Positions 1 to 10,428 of a stretch of 64,000 nt of DNA are shown here, in pieces. The notes beneath the pieces were generated by a model, which saw only the letters and a list, made by a program, of their open reading frames with translations, did no database searches and had not been told where the DNA came from. A program made the translations under genes and the position numbers. Origin of the DNA: a candidate division WOR-3 bacterium. Lineage in GTDB: Bacteria > Hydrothermota > Hydrothermia > LBFQ01. The stretch's first letter is position 1. Each line of letters begins with the position of its first letter. The stretch spans positions 41,464 to 105,463 of the forward strand of contig JALUCS010000083.1 of assembly GCA_027050205.1 (NCBI GenBank), in the 5' to 3' direction.

Positions 1-270
1 CTCTATATCCCCGAACAGGTGGCGCGGTAGCACCTGAACGAGGTCGTCGTTCCTAAGGCCGTAGGCCTCTTCGGCCTTTAGGTCTATGTCCTTGCTCTCT
101 CCCACCTCCATTCCCATCATCCTCTCCTCAAGGGCGGGTATTATCTGCTGGCCACCTACGAGGATGGTCAGAGGCTCTCCGTGTTCCTTGCTGCTCTGAA
201 TGACCTCCCCCGTCTCCTTGTCCTTGAGGACGTAGTGGAAGGTCACCACTTTACCCTTTTCTACCTTCAT
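1..270 (-). CDS. slyD: FKBP-type peptidyl-prolyl isomerase, SlyD family (5' part; runs off window)
   Basis: Manual translation MKVEKGKVVTFHYVLKDKETGEVIQSSKEHGEPLTILVGGQQIIPALEERMMGMEVGESKDIDLKAEEAYG matches the SlyD N-terminus; TATAAT 9 nt upstream of ATG. Confidence 0.85.
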   Translation of the reverse strand, partial: MKVEKGKVVTFHYVLKDKETGEVIQSSKEHGEPLTILVGGQQIIPALEERMMGMEVGESKDIDLKAEEAYGLRNDDLVQVLPRHLFGDIE

Positions 271-790
271 GAGTGCCGTATTATACGGGATGAATGTGTG
301 TATGCTAACCTTCCTCCCGTGTTATAGGGGAACTGTGCCTTCGCGTGAAAATCTGCGATTTGGAACGTATGGGTTTTACAATTTATGTGCGATAACTATT
401 GGGTATGTTTTACTAATGGGAGGATAGCCTACTACCCAACCTTACGGGAATCTTTAAAGGACATAAGTCCATCCTTCCAGAAGGGAGTAATTGAAGGATT
501 ACATCGTACGATCCGACGGCGGTATTAACGCCGATGGAATGACGCCCCATCCATCAGTTTTGGAAGCCGGAAGTTGCATTTCAATCCGTTGATCCTTAGA
601 GTACCGGGTAATTTCTGTAGTTCTATCTATAACCGATAATTGTGAAACATATTCTTGCAAATGGCTTCTGAAAAGCTCACTTCAAGGTAGAGGCGATATC
701 CAACAATTTTCTATTTCTGTATATACGGAATAAGTGCTTTATTAGCACGTTTCGTTCTTTCATCCTTTAACCTCCGTAGAATGTTCAACG

Positions 791-1354
791 ATGTTCTTCA
801 CCCCTAGTTTGAGGCTGCGGGCGGTGAGCCGTGAAGATCTGCCCGACCTTGCCCGCTGGTTCAGCGACGTAGAGGTCCTACAGTACCTCTCCCGCGTGTG
901 GCCACACTCGGTGGAGGACGAGGAGGAGTGGTTTCAGAAGGTGCGTCAACGCCCGATGTGGGAGAGGCCCTTCACCATTGACATACGGGAGGGGGAGGGC
1001 TGGAAACTGATAGGAATCACGGGGCTTAGTCGCATAGACTGGATAAACCGCTCGGCCATCCTGGGTATAGCCATAGGTGAAAAGGACTACTGGGACAGGG
1101 GATACGGCACGGAGGCTGTGCAGGCTATGCTCGCCTTAGCCTTTGATATACTGAACCTCAACAGGGTGGAGTTGGAGGTCTTTGACTTCAACGTTCGGGC
1201 GAGGAAAGCCTACGAGAAGGCCGGTTTCCGTATGGAGGGCCGCCGTCGTCAGGCCCGCTATCCATCGGGGAGGTACCACGACGTACTCGTTATAGGGATA
1301 CTGCGGTATGAGTGGGAGCCTCCGGAGTGGTGGAGACCCCTTCCTCTGCACTAA
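791..1354 (+). CDS. GNAT N-acetyltransferase, RimJ/RimL family
   Basis: YWDRGYGTEA acetyl-CoA loop, LNRVELEVFDFNVRARKAYEKAGF; TAGAAT at 777-782. Confidence 0.85.
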   Translation: MFFTPSLRLRAVSREDLPDLARWFSDVEVLQYLSRVWPHSVEDEEEWFQKVRQRPMWERPFTIDIREGEGWKLIGITGLSRIDWINRSAILGIAIGEKDYWDRGYGTEAVQAMLALAFDILNLNRVELEVFDFNVRARKAYEKAGFRMEGRRRQARYPSGRYHDVLVIGILRYEWEPPEWWRPLPLH

Positions 1355-1378
1355 AATGCCAAGAACGGAGGTAGTTTT

Positions 1379-3238
1379 ATGAAAAGAGAAGTCCCCCTTA
1401 TACCCTTAGAGCTGTTCTTCAAGCATCCGGAATACGTCCAGGTGCGGGTATCACCCGACGGGAGATCCTTGGCTTACCTGCGGCCGTGGGAGGGGGTGAT
1501 GAACCTGTGGGTACAAGATCTATCAACGGGTGAGAGCAAACGCATAACGGAGGATCGCGGCAGGGGGGTGATGGGGTTCAGGTGGGCCTACAACGGCCAA
1601 CTCCTCTACGTCCAAGACAGGGACGGGGACGAGAACTGGAGGGTGTATGCCGTAGGTCCGGAGGGGGGTGAGGCCCGTCTCCTGACTCCGGGTGAGGGCG
1701 TTCAGGCCAGATTCGTAAAGCTCCATCCGGACCATCCCCACAGCGTCCTCCTTGCCGTAAACGACAGGGATCCGGCCCTTCATGACGTCTGCCGCGTTGA
1801 CCTCAAAACCGGCGAGTGTGTCCGGGTGATGGAAAACGATATAAACGCCACAGCGTTTATCGCGGACGAGAACCTGCGGGTGCGTGTGGCCTCGCGTATG
1901 ACGGACGACGGCGGTGGGGAGCTTCTGCACCTAACGGAGGAAGGCTGGAAAGTCTTCTATAGGTGGGGCTTGGAAGACTGGCTCGTCTCACCGGCTGAAC
2001 TGCGTGGAAACACCCTATACCTCTTCAGCAGTCTTGGGAGGGAGACCGCCTCCTTGAGAGCCTACGACCTTACGACCGGCGAGGAGAGGATTCTCGCGGA
2101 GGACCCGGAGTACGACATGGACCCGTACACCTTCCTCGGACCGGCCCTCCTCTTCCATCCGAGGGCAGAGAGGCCGGAGGCGGTTGCCGTGTTCAGGGAA
2201 AAACTCACGTGGATAGTCCTTGACCCGGACTTGAGGGAAGACTTTGAGCGACTGGCCGAGGTTGAACCGGACTGCCAGTTCGGGATCTACAGCCGGGACC
2301 TTTCCAACCGCATCTGGGTGGTGGTTTATGAGGGGGATCGTAAGCCCCCGCGATACTACCTATACGACCGTCACACGAAGGAGGCCCGCTTCCTCTTCTC
2401 CTCCAACCCGGAGATTGAGAGATATCCCCTGGCCGAAGTCAAGCCTGTGCGGATAAGGGCGAGGGACGGCCTGATACTGCACGGCTACCTCACCCTGCCG
2501 CCGGGGATTGAGCCGAAAAGCCTCCCTACCGTCATCCTGCCCCACGGAGGTCCCTGGGCGAGGGATGTCTGGGGATGGGACCCCGTCGTTCAGTGGCTGG
2601 CAAACAGGGGCTACGCCGTCCTCCAGGTCAACTTCAGAGGCTCTACGGGGTACGGTAAAACCTTCCTTAATGCCGGGAACAGGCAGTGGGGGAGGAAGAT
2701 GCAGGACGACCTGACGGATTCCGTCCTGTGGCTTATAAGCGAGGGCATCGCCGACCCCAAACGCGTGTGTATAATGGGGGGAAGCTATGGAGGCTACGCC
2801 ACCCTGGCCGGACTCACCTTTACGCCGGAACTCTACGCCTGCGGTGTGGATATAGTTGGCCCCTCCAACCTCTTCACCCTACTTGAGAGCATACCGCCCT
2901 ACTGGAAGCCCTTGGTTAGCCTCTTTTACCACCGCATGGGCCATCCGGAGAGGGACGCCGACCTTCTAAGGGAGGTCTCACCCCTCTTCCACGCCGAGAG
3001 GATACGCGCTCCGCTGCTGATAGGTCAGGGGGCGAACGACCCCCGCGTCAAGCGTCGGGAGAGCCTGCAGATAGTGGAGGCCCTGAGGAGACTGGGGCGG
3101 GAGGTGGAGTACGTTGAGTACCCGGACGAGGGCCACGGTTTCTTTAAGCAGGAGAACCGTCTGGACTTCTACCGCAAAGCCGAGAGGTTTCTGGCCAAGC
3201 ACTTAGGGGGAAGGACGGAGGAGCGTCCCAACCCTTAG
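1379..3238 (+). CDS. S9 family (prolyl oligopeptidase/acylaminoacyl) serine peptidase
   Basis: Beta-propeller N-terminus, HGGPW, GGSYGG nucleophile, GANDPRV, DEGHGF triad; SD GGAGG. Confidence 0.92.
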   Translation: MKREVPLIPLELFFKHPEYVQVRVSPDGRSLAYLRPWEGVMNLWVQDLSTGESKRITEDRGRGVMGFRWAYNGQLLYVQDRDGDENWRVYAVGPEGGEARLLTPGEGVQARFVKLHPDHPHSVLLAVNDRDPALHDVCRVDLKTGECVRVMENDINATAFIADENLRVRVASRMTDDGGGELLHLTEEGWKVFYRWGLEDWLVSPAELRGNTLYLFSSLGRETASLRAYDLTTGEERILAEDPEYDMDPYTFLGPALLFHPRAERPEAVAVFREKLTWIVLDPDLREDFERLAEVEPDCQFGIYSRDLSNRIWVVVYEGDRKPPRYYLYDRHTKEARFLFSSNPEIERYPLAEVKPVRIRARDGLILHGYLTLPPGIEPKSLPTVILPHGGPWARDVWGWDPVVQWLANRGYAVLQVNFRGSTGYGKTFLNAGNRQWGRKMQDDLTDSVLWLISEGIADPKRVCIMGGSYGGYATLAGLTFTPELYACGVDIVGPSNLFTLLESIPPYWKPLVSLFYHRMGHPERDADLLREVSPLFHAERIRAPLLIGQGANDPRVKRRESLQIVEALRRLGREVEYVEYPDEGHGFFKQENRLDFYRKAERFLAKHLGGRTEERPNP

Positions 3239-3304
3239 GGGCCGTAAGTCCTCACCGATAAAGCATTTGGAGGTGAGTTCCCCTCGGAGGACCAATAAAA
3301 AAAG

Positions 3305-3379
3305 CGCCCCCACCGGGATTTGAACCCGGGTTTCGTGGCTGAGAACCACGCGTCCTAGACCTGGCTAGACGATGGGGGC
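3305..3379 (-). tRNA. tRNA-Glu (anticodon CTC), CCA not encoded
   Basis: Reverse complement GCCCCCATCGTCTAGCCAGGTCTAGGACGCGTGGTTCTCAGCCACGAAACCCGGGTTCAAATCCCGGTGGGGGCG folds as a cloverleaf; own TATAAT upstream; T-run downstream. Confidence 0.95.
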
Positions 3380-3425
3380 GCGTGAGGATGATATTATAAG
3401 GGTGAAATGGGGCCACGGGGAGGCC

Positions 3426-3743
3426 TCAATCTATGACCTCCCCGCACTTCTTGCAGTACCTCACCTTGCGGCCGTCCTCAAGGAAACGGAAGCCAACGCG
3501 GGTGGGCTGCCCGCACTTGGGACACACCAACATCAGCTTGGAGATGTATATCGGGGCAGGTACCTCCTCAACCTGGCCCTCCTGTTGGCCGTGTCTCTTC
3601 CCCCTGTGCCTCTTTACGAGGTTCACCCCCTCAACTATGGCCCTACCCTTACGGGGGAACATCCGCATTACCCTACCCTGATGCCCCTTCCACTTTCCGG
3701 AAAGGACTATGACGATATCCCCGCGCTTTATCTTCTGGGCCAT
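3426..3743 (-). CDS. rplX: 50S ribosomal protein L24 (CxxC...CxxC zinc type)
   Basis: IKRGDIVIVLSGKWKG KOW motif, EAPI-like PAPIYISKL, CPKC/CKKC. Confidence 0.95.
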   Translation of the reverse strand: MAQKIKRGDIVIVLSGKWKGHQGRVMRMFPRKGRAIVEGVNLVKRHRGKRHGQQEGQVEEVPAPIYISKLMLVCPKCGQPTRVGFRFLEDGRKVRYCKKCGEVID

Positions 3744-4129
3744 CACAGTACCTCCGGTGCGAGGGAGACTATCTTAAGGAAGCCCTTGTCGCGCAGCTCA
3801 CGGGCCACGGGTCCGAAGACGCGGGTCCCCTTAGGCTCACCGGCCTGGTTTATGAGGACGACGGCGTTGTCCCCGAAGCGGATGTAGGAGCCGTCCCTCC
3901 GGCGGATCTCCTTCTTGGTACGGACTATTACGGCCTTGTGGACCTCCCCCTTCTTGGCGGAGGCGTTGGGTATGGCCCTCTTTATGGAGACCACCACCAC
4001 GTCGCCGACGTTGGCGGCCACCCTTCCCCCTCTGCGTCCGCTCCCCTTAAGCACCTTGATTATCAGGGCCTCCTTCGCCCCAGTGTTGTCGGCCACGACG
4101 ACGTAGGAAAGTTCAGGCAGATTCCTCAT
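3743..4129 (-). CDS. rplN: 50S ribosomal protein L14
   Basis: [31 protein letters not shown]. Confidence 0.97.
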   Translation of the reverse strand: MRNLPELSYVVVADNTGAKEALIIKVLKGSGRRGGRVAANVGDVVVVSIKRAIPNASAKKGEVHKAVIVRTKKEIRRRDGSYIRFGDNAVVLINQAGEPKGTRVFGPVARELRDKGFLKIVSLAPEVL

Positions 4130-4427
4130 TTTGCAGTACCTCCTTCGCTATCTCCTCAAGGACGGGCGCCTTGCGGAGTATCTTGACGAGCCTCCACCTC
4201 TTGAGCTTGGAGAGAGGCCTCGTCTCCATCACCTCAACCAGGTCCCCTACCTTACTCTCGTTGTTTTCATCGTGGACGTATATCTTCTTGCGCACCTTTA
4301 CGTACTTCCTGTACTTGGGGTGCATCTTCATCCTGTAGATGGCCACGACGCGGGTCTTGTTCATCCTGTCGCTGACGACTATGCCGCGGAGGACCTTCCT
4401 CCTCCCCCTGTGTCCCTGATTGCTCAT
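4113..4427 (-). CDS. rpsQ: 30S ribosomal protein S17
   Basis: [28 protein letters not shown]. Confidence 0.96.
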   Translation of the reverse strand: MSNQGHRGRRKVLRGIVVSDRMNKTRVVAIYRMKMHPKYRKYVKVRKKIYVHDENNESKVGDLVEVMETRPLSKLKRWRLVKILRKAPVLEEIAKEVLQNEESA

Positions 4428-4627
4428 AGCTTTACCCCCTTCTCACGGAGTACCGTCAGTACCCTCGCTATCTCCCTGCGGTAGTACCTTACCAAGTTGC
4501 GATCCTCAAGCTGTCCGAGGGCCTTCTTGAAGCGGGCGTCCCGGAGTTGGGCGCGGAGTACCCGGAGCCTCGCCTGAAGCTCGTCTACGCTCATAGCCCT
4601 TAAATCCTTGGCCTTGGTGGGCTTCAT
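4424..4627 (-). CDS. rpmC: 50S ribosomal protein L29
   Basis: Position in S10 operon; RREIARVLT motif. Confidence 0.93.
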   Translation of the reverse strand: MKPTKAKDLRAMSVDELQARLRVLRAQLRDARFKKALGQLEDRNLVRYYRREIARVLTVLREKGVKL

Positions 4628-5043
4628 CTCCCGACCTCCTTGGTTGAGACTATCTTGGTGCGGACGGGGAGCTTGGAAGCCGCGGTCTTGAGGGCCTTGA
4701 TGGCGTCCTCTTCCTTGGCGCCGGCGATCTCAAAGAGGATGGTACCGGGCTTTACGACGGCGTACCAGGCGTGGACGTCCCCCTTACCGCCTCCCATACG
4801 GACCTCTGCGGGCTTCTTGGTGTAGGGCCTGTGGGGGAAGATGCGGATCCAGAGTCGGGCCTTCTTGCCAACGGCACGGACTATGGCGACGCGGGCGGCC
4901 TCTATCTGCCGGGCGAAGACCCTACCCCTGTCTATGCTCTTTAGGGCGTAGTCGCCGTACTCTATGCGGTTCCCGGCCGTGGCCACCCCCTTGAGCTTGG
5001 CCCTGTGTTGCTTCCTCCACTTCACACGGCGGGGCTGCATCAT
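4624..5043 (-). CDS. rplP: 50S ribosomal protein L16
   Basis: PRRVKWRKQHR, QIEAARVA, KKPAEVRMGGGKG. Confidence 0.96.
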   Translation of the reverse strand: MMQPRRVKWRKQHRAKLKGVATAGNRIEYGDYALKSIDRGRVFARQIEAARVAIVRAVGKKARLWIRIFPHRPYTKKPAEVRMGGGKGDVHAWYAVVKPGTILFEIAGAKEEDAIKALKTAASKLPVRTKIVSTKEVGR

Positions 5044-5714
5044 GGCTTTACCTCCTTCTTACCGCGGAGGATGTCCCCCTTGTATATCCAGACCTTCACA
5101 CCGATGGTTCCCCACTTGGTGAAGGCGGTGTCGTACCCGTAGTCTATGTTGGCTCGGAGGGTCTGGAGGGGTACCCTTCCCTTGATGTACCACTCCTTAC
5201 GGGCTATCTCGGCCCCGCCTATACGTCCCTTCACCTGTACCCTTATCCCCTTGGCGCCCATCCTCATGGCGGAGTAGACCGCCCTCTTCATCAGGCGGCG
5301 GTGATAGACTCGCTGCTCAAGGCGACGGGCTATGTTGTATGCCACGAGCTGGGCGTCAAGTTCGGGGTGGGTTATCTCCTGATGCTCAACGAATATCCTC
5401 TTCTCCGGCCCCCCGAAGGTCTTGTTCAGGGCCTCCCGGAGTCCCTCTATGTTCTTTCCGCCCTTACCGATTATCACACCCGGACGGGCGGTGTGTATGG
5501 TGACGTGTACGTTCAGGCCCACACGGTTTATGGTTATCCGGGAGATCTGGGGGTCGTTGGGGAGCCTCCTGTAGTACTCGGTTATGAACTTCCTTATCTG
5601 GTAGTCCTCAAGGAGGTTCTGAACGTACTCCTGCTTAGTCTCGGCGTACCAGATTGACTGCCAGGGCCTGAAGTACCCCGTCCTAAGTCCGATAGGGTTG
5701 GCTTTCTGACCCAT
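5040..5714 (-). CDS. rpsC: 30S ribosomal protein S3
   Basis: [35 protein letters not shown]. Confidence 0.97.
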   Translation of the reverse strand: MGQKANPIGLRTGYFRPWQSIWYAETKQEYVQNLLEDYQIRKFITEYYRRLPNDPQISRITINRVGLNVHVTIHTARPGVIIGKGGKNIEGLREALNKTFGGPEKRIFVEHQEITHPELDAQLVAYNIARRLEQRVYHRRLMKRAVYSAMRMGAKGIRVQVKGRIGGAEIARKEWYIKGRVPLQTLRANIDYGYDTAFTKWGTIGVKVWIYKGDILRGKKEVKP

Positions 5715-6142
5715 TACTTACCCTCCTTCTTTACGTCGGGCAGGACCACTACGGTTATGTGGGAGGTCCTGCGCCTGAATATTCCGTTCCCTCCGAAGCG
5801 GGCGGGCTTCACCGCGGGCTTGGGTATCTTCCACATCGGTCCCCTGTCCACCTTCACGATGGCTATGCGGAGGTAGGGGTAGAGGTCATCTACGCTCTTG
5901 TCGGGGGCGAACTTGTCCCTGTAGGAGGCGACGGCCGCCCGGAGGACCTTGCGCATTATGCGGGCGCCTTTCTTGGGCGTGAACTGGAGGACGTAGTCGG
6001 CCTCCTGGACGTTCATCCCCTTTACGAGGTCGGCGATGAGCTTCATCTTCTTGGGGGATATCCTGGCCCTGCGGAGGGTGGAGTACCCACCTACGGCCTT
6101 CCACTCCCTCTTGGTGAGCTGCCCGAAGGGTCTAACCTTCAT
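5714..6142 (-). CDS. rplV: 50S ribosomal protein L22 (divergent, extended tunnel hairpin)
   Basis: [25 protein letters not shown]; position between rpsS and rpsC. Confidence 0.93.
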   Translation of the reverse strand: MKVRPFGQLTKREWKAVGGYSTLRRARISPKKMKLIADLVKGMNVQEADYVLQFTPKKGARIMRKVLRAAVASYRDKFAPDKSVDDLYPYLRIAIVKVDRGPMWKIPKPAVKPARFGGNGIFRRRTSHITVVVLPDVKKEGK

Positions 6143-6423
6143 TTCCTACCCGCCTTCTTGCCCTCTTTGTCCTTATGCCCTCCGAACTTGCGGGTGGGGG
6201 CGAACTCTCCGAGGCGGTGTCCCACCATTTCCTGGGTGACGTAGACGGGTATGAAGGTCTTGCCGTTGTGGACGAGGAAGGTCAGGCCTATGAACTCCGG
6301 CAGGATCATAGACGCCCTGGACCACGTCTTTATGGGGGTCTTGTCCCCCTTCTCCAGAGCCTTACGCACCTTCTTAAGCAGCTTTGGATGTACGTACGGC
6401 CCCTTCTTCAGGCTTCTGGCCAT
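6139..6423 (-). CDS. rpsS: 30S ribosomal protein S19
   Basis: [30 protein letters not shown]. Confidence 0.97.
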   Translation of the reverse strand: MARSLKKGPYVHPKLLKKVRKALEKGDKTPIKTWSRASMILPEFIGLTFLVHNGKTFIPVYVTQEMVGHRLGEFAPTRKFGGHKDKEGKKAGRK

Positions 6424-6427
6424 AACT

Positions 6428-7276
6428 TCACTCCTTTGATCCGTATCCTATCCTCCGACGCTTGACGATGAAGGTGTCGGAGGGCTTCCTCTTTCTGCGC
6501 GTCTTAACGCCGCGGGCGATCTTACCCCAGGGCGTCTTCGGTATCTTACCCTTGGTGCGGCCCTCACCGCCTCCGTGGGGGTGGTCTACGGGGTTCATTG
6601 CGACGCCCCTGACGGCGGGACGGCGTCCGAGCCAGCGGTTCCTGCCAGCCTTACCGAGGGTGACGTTCTCGTGGTCCACGTTGGAGACCTGTCCGACGGT
6701 GGCGTAGCAGTTGTGGTGAAACTTCCGGATCTCCTTTGAGGGGAGCTGGACGTATATCCAGTTCTCGTCCTTGGATAGGATGGTGGCGTAGGTGCCGGCG
6801 GCCCTCACCAGCTGGCCGCCCTTACCCGGTATTATCTCAAGGTTGTGGATTGGCGTTCCCTCCGGTATCTTCTCAAGGGGTAGGGCGTTCCCTATCTTTA
6901 TGGGGGCGTCCGGTCCGGCTATCACCTCGTCCCCCACCTTCAGGCCCTCCGGGGCCAGTATGTACCGCTTCTCCCCGTCCCTGTAGGCCACCAACGCTAT
7001 GAAGGACGTCCGGTTGGGGTCGTACTCTATGGACTTAACTATGCCGGGAACGCCCACCTTGTCGTGGCGCACAAAGTCTATTATGCGGTACTTCCTCTTG
7101 TTGCCTCCGCCCCTGTGGCGGACGGTTATCTTACCCTGATTGTTCCTCCCGGCCTTCTGCTTCTTGGGTTTCGTCAGGGACTTCTCCGGCTCCTCCTTGG
7201 TTACGTAAGCGGAGTAGTCTATAACGCTCATCCAACGGCGGCCGGGAGTGTAGGGTTTGTACTTCTTAACGGGCAT
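6428..7276 (-). CDS. rplB: 50S ribosomal protein L2
   Basis: [33 protein letters not shown]. Confidence 0.98.
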   Translation of the reverse strand: MPVKKYKPYTPGRRWMSVIDYSAYVTKEEPEKSLTKPKKQKAGRNNQGKITVRHRGGGNKRKYRIIDFVRHDKVGVPGIVKSIEYDPNRTSFIALVAYRDGEKRYILAPEGLKVGDEVIAGPDAPIKIGNALPLEKIPEGTPIHNLEIIPGKGGQLVRAAGTYATILSKDENWIYVQLPSKEIRKFHHNCYATVGQVSNVDHENVTLGKAGRNRWLGRRPAVRGVAMNPVDHPHGGGEGRTKGKIPKTPWGKIARGVKTRRKRKPSDTFIVKRRRIGYGSKE

Positions 7277-7277
7277 A

Positions 7278-7574
7278 TCACACCCCCAGGTCTATCCTGT
7301 GGCCCTCGGCCAAGGTCACGATGGCCTTCTTGTACCTGCTCGTGCGTCCTATGATGCGACGGCGACGGAGGTCCCTGCGGGGCTTGGGTTTGTAGTTCAT
7401 CGTGTTGACCTTGACGACCTTGACCCCGAATATCTTCTCAACGGCCTCCTTTATCTGGTGCTTGTTGGCGTCAGGATGCACTATGAAGGTGTATTTGTTG
7501 TACACGTCCCGTAAGTACAGGGCCTTCTCCGTAAGGACCGGTCTTATCAGTACCTCCTCGTAAGAGAGTTTCAT
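7278..7574 (-). CDS. rplW: 50S ribosomal protein L23
   Basis: [32 protein letters not shown]. Confidence 0.96.
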   Translation of the reverse strand: MKLSYEEVLIRPVLTEKALYLRDVYNKYTFIVHPDANKHQIKEAVEKIFGVKVVKVNTMNYKPKPRRDLRRRRIIGRTSRYKKAIVTLAEGHRIDLGV

Positions 7575-8194
7575 AGCAGCCTCTCCTTCAGTTTATCTAT
7601 CGCCCCATCCTCCGCGACCACGTAGTCGGCCCAGAGGACGTAGTAGGTGTTCAGCTGATCTGCGTGGAGGACATGGACGTCGGGGATGTTGCGGGCGGAG
7701 AGGTAGAAGGTGCGGTTGTAGTCCTTCGGTACGAAGAGGACGTTCTTCCCGACCAGACCCACGCTCTTGAGGAAGTTGTAGACGGTCTTGGTCTTGGGCT
7801 GCTCCAGGCTCATGCTCTCAAGCAGGAGCAGGCGCTCGTTCTGCGCCCTGTCGGCGAGGGCCATACGGAGGGCGAGCCTCTTGGCCTTCTTGGGCATCTT
7901 TATGTAGTACTCCCTGGGTCTGGGGCCGTGGGCCTTCCCTCCTCCCACGAATATGGGGGCGTACCTGTCCCCGTGCCTGGCCCTACCCATGTGCTTCTGG
8001 GGCCATATCTTCCGGCGGGAGCCTTTCACCTCGCCGCGGGTCTTGGCGTGATGGGTCCCCTGTCTCTGGTTATACAAGTAGGCCCTGACGGCCTCCCACA
8101 GTAGGTGGCCGTTGGGCTTTATTCCGAAGAAGTCTTCGGGGAGGTCCCGCTCGCCCTTCTTCTCTCCGGTTATGCTGTAGATAGGGGCCTTCAT
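7571..8194 (-). CDS. rplD: 50S ribosomal protein L4
   Basis: RQGTHHAKTRGEV, QKHMGRARHG, GGGKAHGPRP. Confidence 0.96.
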   Translation of the reverse strand: MKAPIYSITGEKKGERDLPEDFFGIKPNGHLLWEAVRAYLYNQRQGTHHAKTRGEVKGSRRKIWPQKHMGRARHGDRYAPIFVGGGKAHGPRPREYYIKMPKKAKRLALRMALADRAQNERLLLLESMSLEQPKTKTVYNFLKSVGLVGKNVLFVPKDYNRTFYLSARNIPDVHVLHADQLNTYYVLWADYVVAEDGAIDKLKERLL

Positions 8195-8859
8195 CGCTTA
8201 TCACCTCCGTACTTGTAAACGGCCGGCCTGACGAAGACGTAGGCGCCCCTGTGTCCCGGAACACCGCCCTTGACGAGGAGGAGGTTGTCGTCGGGGTATA
8301 TCCGCACGAGCTTGAGGTTGAGGATGGTGACGGTCTCGTTCCCGTAATGACCGGCCATCTTCTTGCCCTTCCACACCCTACCGGGGTAGGTGTGCTGACC
8401 TATGGACCCCGGCCTCCTGTGGAACTTGGATCCGTGGGCGGCTGGGCCTCCCGAAAAGTCCCACCTCTTCATCACCCCCGTGAAGCCCCTACCCTTGGTC
8501 TTGCCCTGTACGTCCACCACCTCTATCCCGTCAAAGAGGGCGGCCCCGAGGGAGGAGCCTACGGGGTACCTGTCCAGCTCGTCCGTTTTGAACTCGTAGA
8601 ACTTAGTGGGATACCTTTCTTTATCGCCCAGCGCCCCCTTCACGAACCCAAGGACCGGTTTCTTTATCTTGTGGGGTGGTTTGAACTCGTAGCCCACGAT
8701 GACGGCGTTGTACCCGTCCTTTTCGGCCGTCCTATGGCCAACGACGACGTTCTCCGGTACCTGGAGGACGGTGACGGGTACGGGGATGCCGAAAGGCTCA
8801 TGCTCCGGTTTCACGTACACCTGCGTCATCCCCACCTTCTTGGCTATCAGTTTGAGCAT
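8191..8859 (-). CDS. rplC: 50S ribosomal protein L3
   Basis: KVGMTQ, KGRGFTGVMKRW, HGSKFHRRPGSIG, KGKKMAGHYG. Confidence 0.97.
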   Translation of the reverse strand: MLKLIAKKVGMTQVYVKPEHEPFGIPVPVTVLQVPENVVVGHRTAEKDGYNAVIVGYEFKPPHKIKKPVLGFVKGALGDKERYPTKFYEFKTDELDRYPVGSSLGAALFDGIEVVDVQGKTKGRGFTGVMKRWDFSGGPAAHGSKFHRRPGSIGQHTYPGRVWKGKKMAGHYGNETVTILNLKLVRIYPDDNLLLVKGGVPGHRGAYVFVRPAVYKYGGDKR

Positions 8860-8863
8860 GGCT

Positions 8864-9175
8864 CTACTCCGTGATTATCTTTACCTTTATGTCCACGCCC
8901 GGAGGTAAGTCTATCTGTGAGATCTTCTCTATGGTCTCCGGGGTGGCGTCCCTTATCTCTATGAGGCGGGCGTGCCTCTTTAACCAGAAGTGTTCCTGTC
9001 CCCTCTTGTCTATGTGTGGGCCTCGTATGACGGCGAAGAGGGACTTCTTGGTCGGAAGGGGGATGGGTCCGGCCACCTTGGCACCGGTGGCCTTAGCCGT
9101 AAAAACGATCTCCCGGGCCGTCCTGTCAAGGACGGCCGGGTCAAAACTCTTGAGCTTCAGGCGGATCTTGTCCAT
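8864..9175 (-). CDS. rpsJ: 30S ribosomal protein S10
   Basis: IRLKLKSFD, GPIPLPT, LPPGVDI; ATG overlaps tuf stop (TGATG). Confidence 0.96.
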   Translation of the reverse strand: MDKIRLKLKSFDPAVLDRTAREIVFTAKATGAKVAGPIPLPTKKSLFAVIRGPHIDKRGQEHFWLKRHARLIEIRDATPETIEKISQIDLPPGVDIKVKIITE

Positions 9176-10395
9176 CACTCAAGGATCTCGGTGATCACCC
9201 CGGCGCCCACCGTACGGCCACCCTCACGGATGGCGAACCGCAGTCCCTTCTCTATGGCCACGGGGTATATCAGCTCAACGTCCATGGTGACGTTGTCGCC
9301 GGGCATGGCCATCTCACGGTTGGGGTCGGCGAACTTGATGGTGCCGGTCACGTCGGTGGTACGGAAGTAGAACTGGGGCCTGTAGCCGTTGAAGAAGGGC
9401 GTGGAACGGCCTCCCTCCTCCTTCTTGAGGATATACACCTCGGCCCTGAACTTCTTGTGGGCCTGTATGGAGCCGGGTTTGGCGAGGACCATACCCCTCT
9501 CCACCTCGTCCTTGCCTATACCACGGAGCAGGGCGCCGATGTTGTCGCCGGGGATGGCCTCGTCAAGGATACGACGGAACATCTCTATGGACGTGACGAC
9601 GGTCTTGAGGGGCCTCTCCCTGAAGCCCACGATCTCAACCTCGTCGCCGGGACGCAGGACGCCACGCTCAACCCTACCGGTCACGACCGTACCACGACCG
9701 GTGATGGAGAAGACGTCCTCTATGGCCATCAGGAAGGGCTTGTCTATCTCCCTCTTCGGCTCGGGGACGTACTCGTCAAGGGCCTCAACGAGCTTGAGGA
9801 TGGCCCCGGCGCCTATGGGGTCGTCAAAGTCGGAGGGGTTCTGCAGGGCCTTGAGGGCGGAACCCCTTATCACGGGTACCTCGTCGCCGGGATAACCGTA
9901 CTCGTTCAGGAGGTCCCTGACCTCCATCTCCACCAACTCAAGGAGATCGGGGTCGTCCACGAGGTCCACCTTGTTGATGAAGACGACTATGGCCGGGACA
10001 CCGACCTGACGGGCCAGAAGGACGTGCTCACGGGTCTGGGGCATCACGGAGTCTACGGCGGAAACCACCAGTATGGCCCCGTCCATCTGGGCGGCACCGG
10101 TGATCATGTTCTTGATGTAGTCGGCGTGGCCGGGGCAGTCTATGTGCGCGTAGTGATACTTGTCGGACTCGTACTCAACGTGGGCCACGTTGATCGTCAG
10201 GATCTTGGTCTCGTCCTTACGGGCGATCTTGGCGTCGGCCTTGGCCACCTCGTCGTAGGACTTGAACTCCGCCTGTCCCTTCTGCGCCAGCACGGCCGTT
10301 ATGGCGGCCGTCAGCGTCGTCTTACCATGGTCTATGTGACCGATGGTACCCACGTTCTTGTGGGGCTTCGTACGCTCAAACTTGGGCTTAGCCAT
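9175..10395 (-). CDS. tuf: Elongation factor Tu (variant switch I)
   Basis: [33 protein letters not shown]; strong SD AGGAGG. Confidence 0.98.
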   Translation of the reverse strand: MAKPKFERTKPHKNVGTIGHIDHGKTTLTAAITAVLAQKGQAEFKSYDEVAKADAKIARKDETKILTINVAHVEYESDKYHYAHIDCPGHADYIKNMITGAAQMDGAILVVSAVDSVMPQTREHVLLARQVGVPAIVVFINKVDLVDDPDLLELVEMEVRDLLNEYGYPGDEVPVIRGSALKALQNPSDFDDPIGAGAILKLVEALDEYVPEPKREIDKPFLMAIEDVFSITGRGTVVTGRVERGVLRPGDEVEIVGFRERPLKTVVTSIEMFRRILDEAIPGDNIGALLRGIGKDEVERGMVLAKPGSIQAHKKFRAEVYILKKEEGGRSTPFFNGYRPQFYFRTTDVTGTIKFADPNREMAMPGDNVTMDVELIYPVAIEKGLRFAIREGGRTVGAGVITEILE

Positions 10396-10428
10396 CGCTC
10401 TTTACCTCCTTTTTTTCTCCCCTTTACT

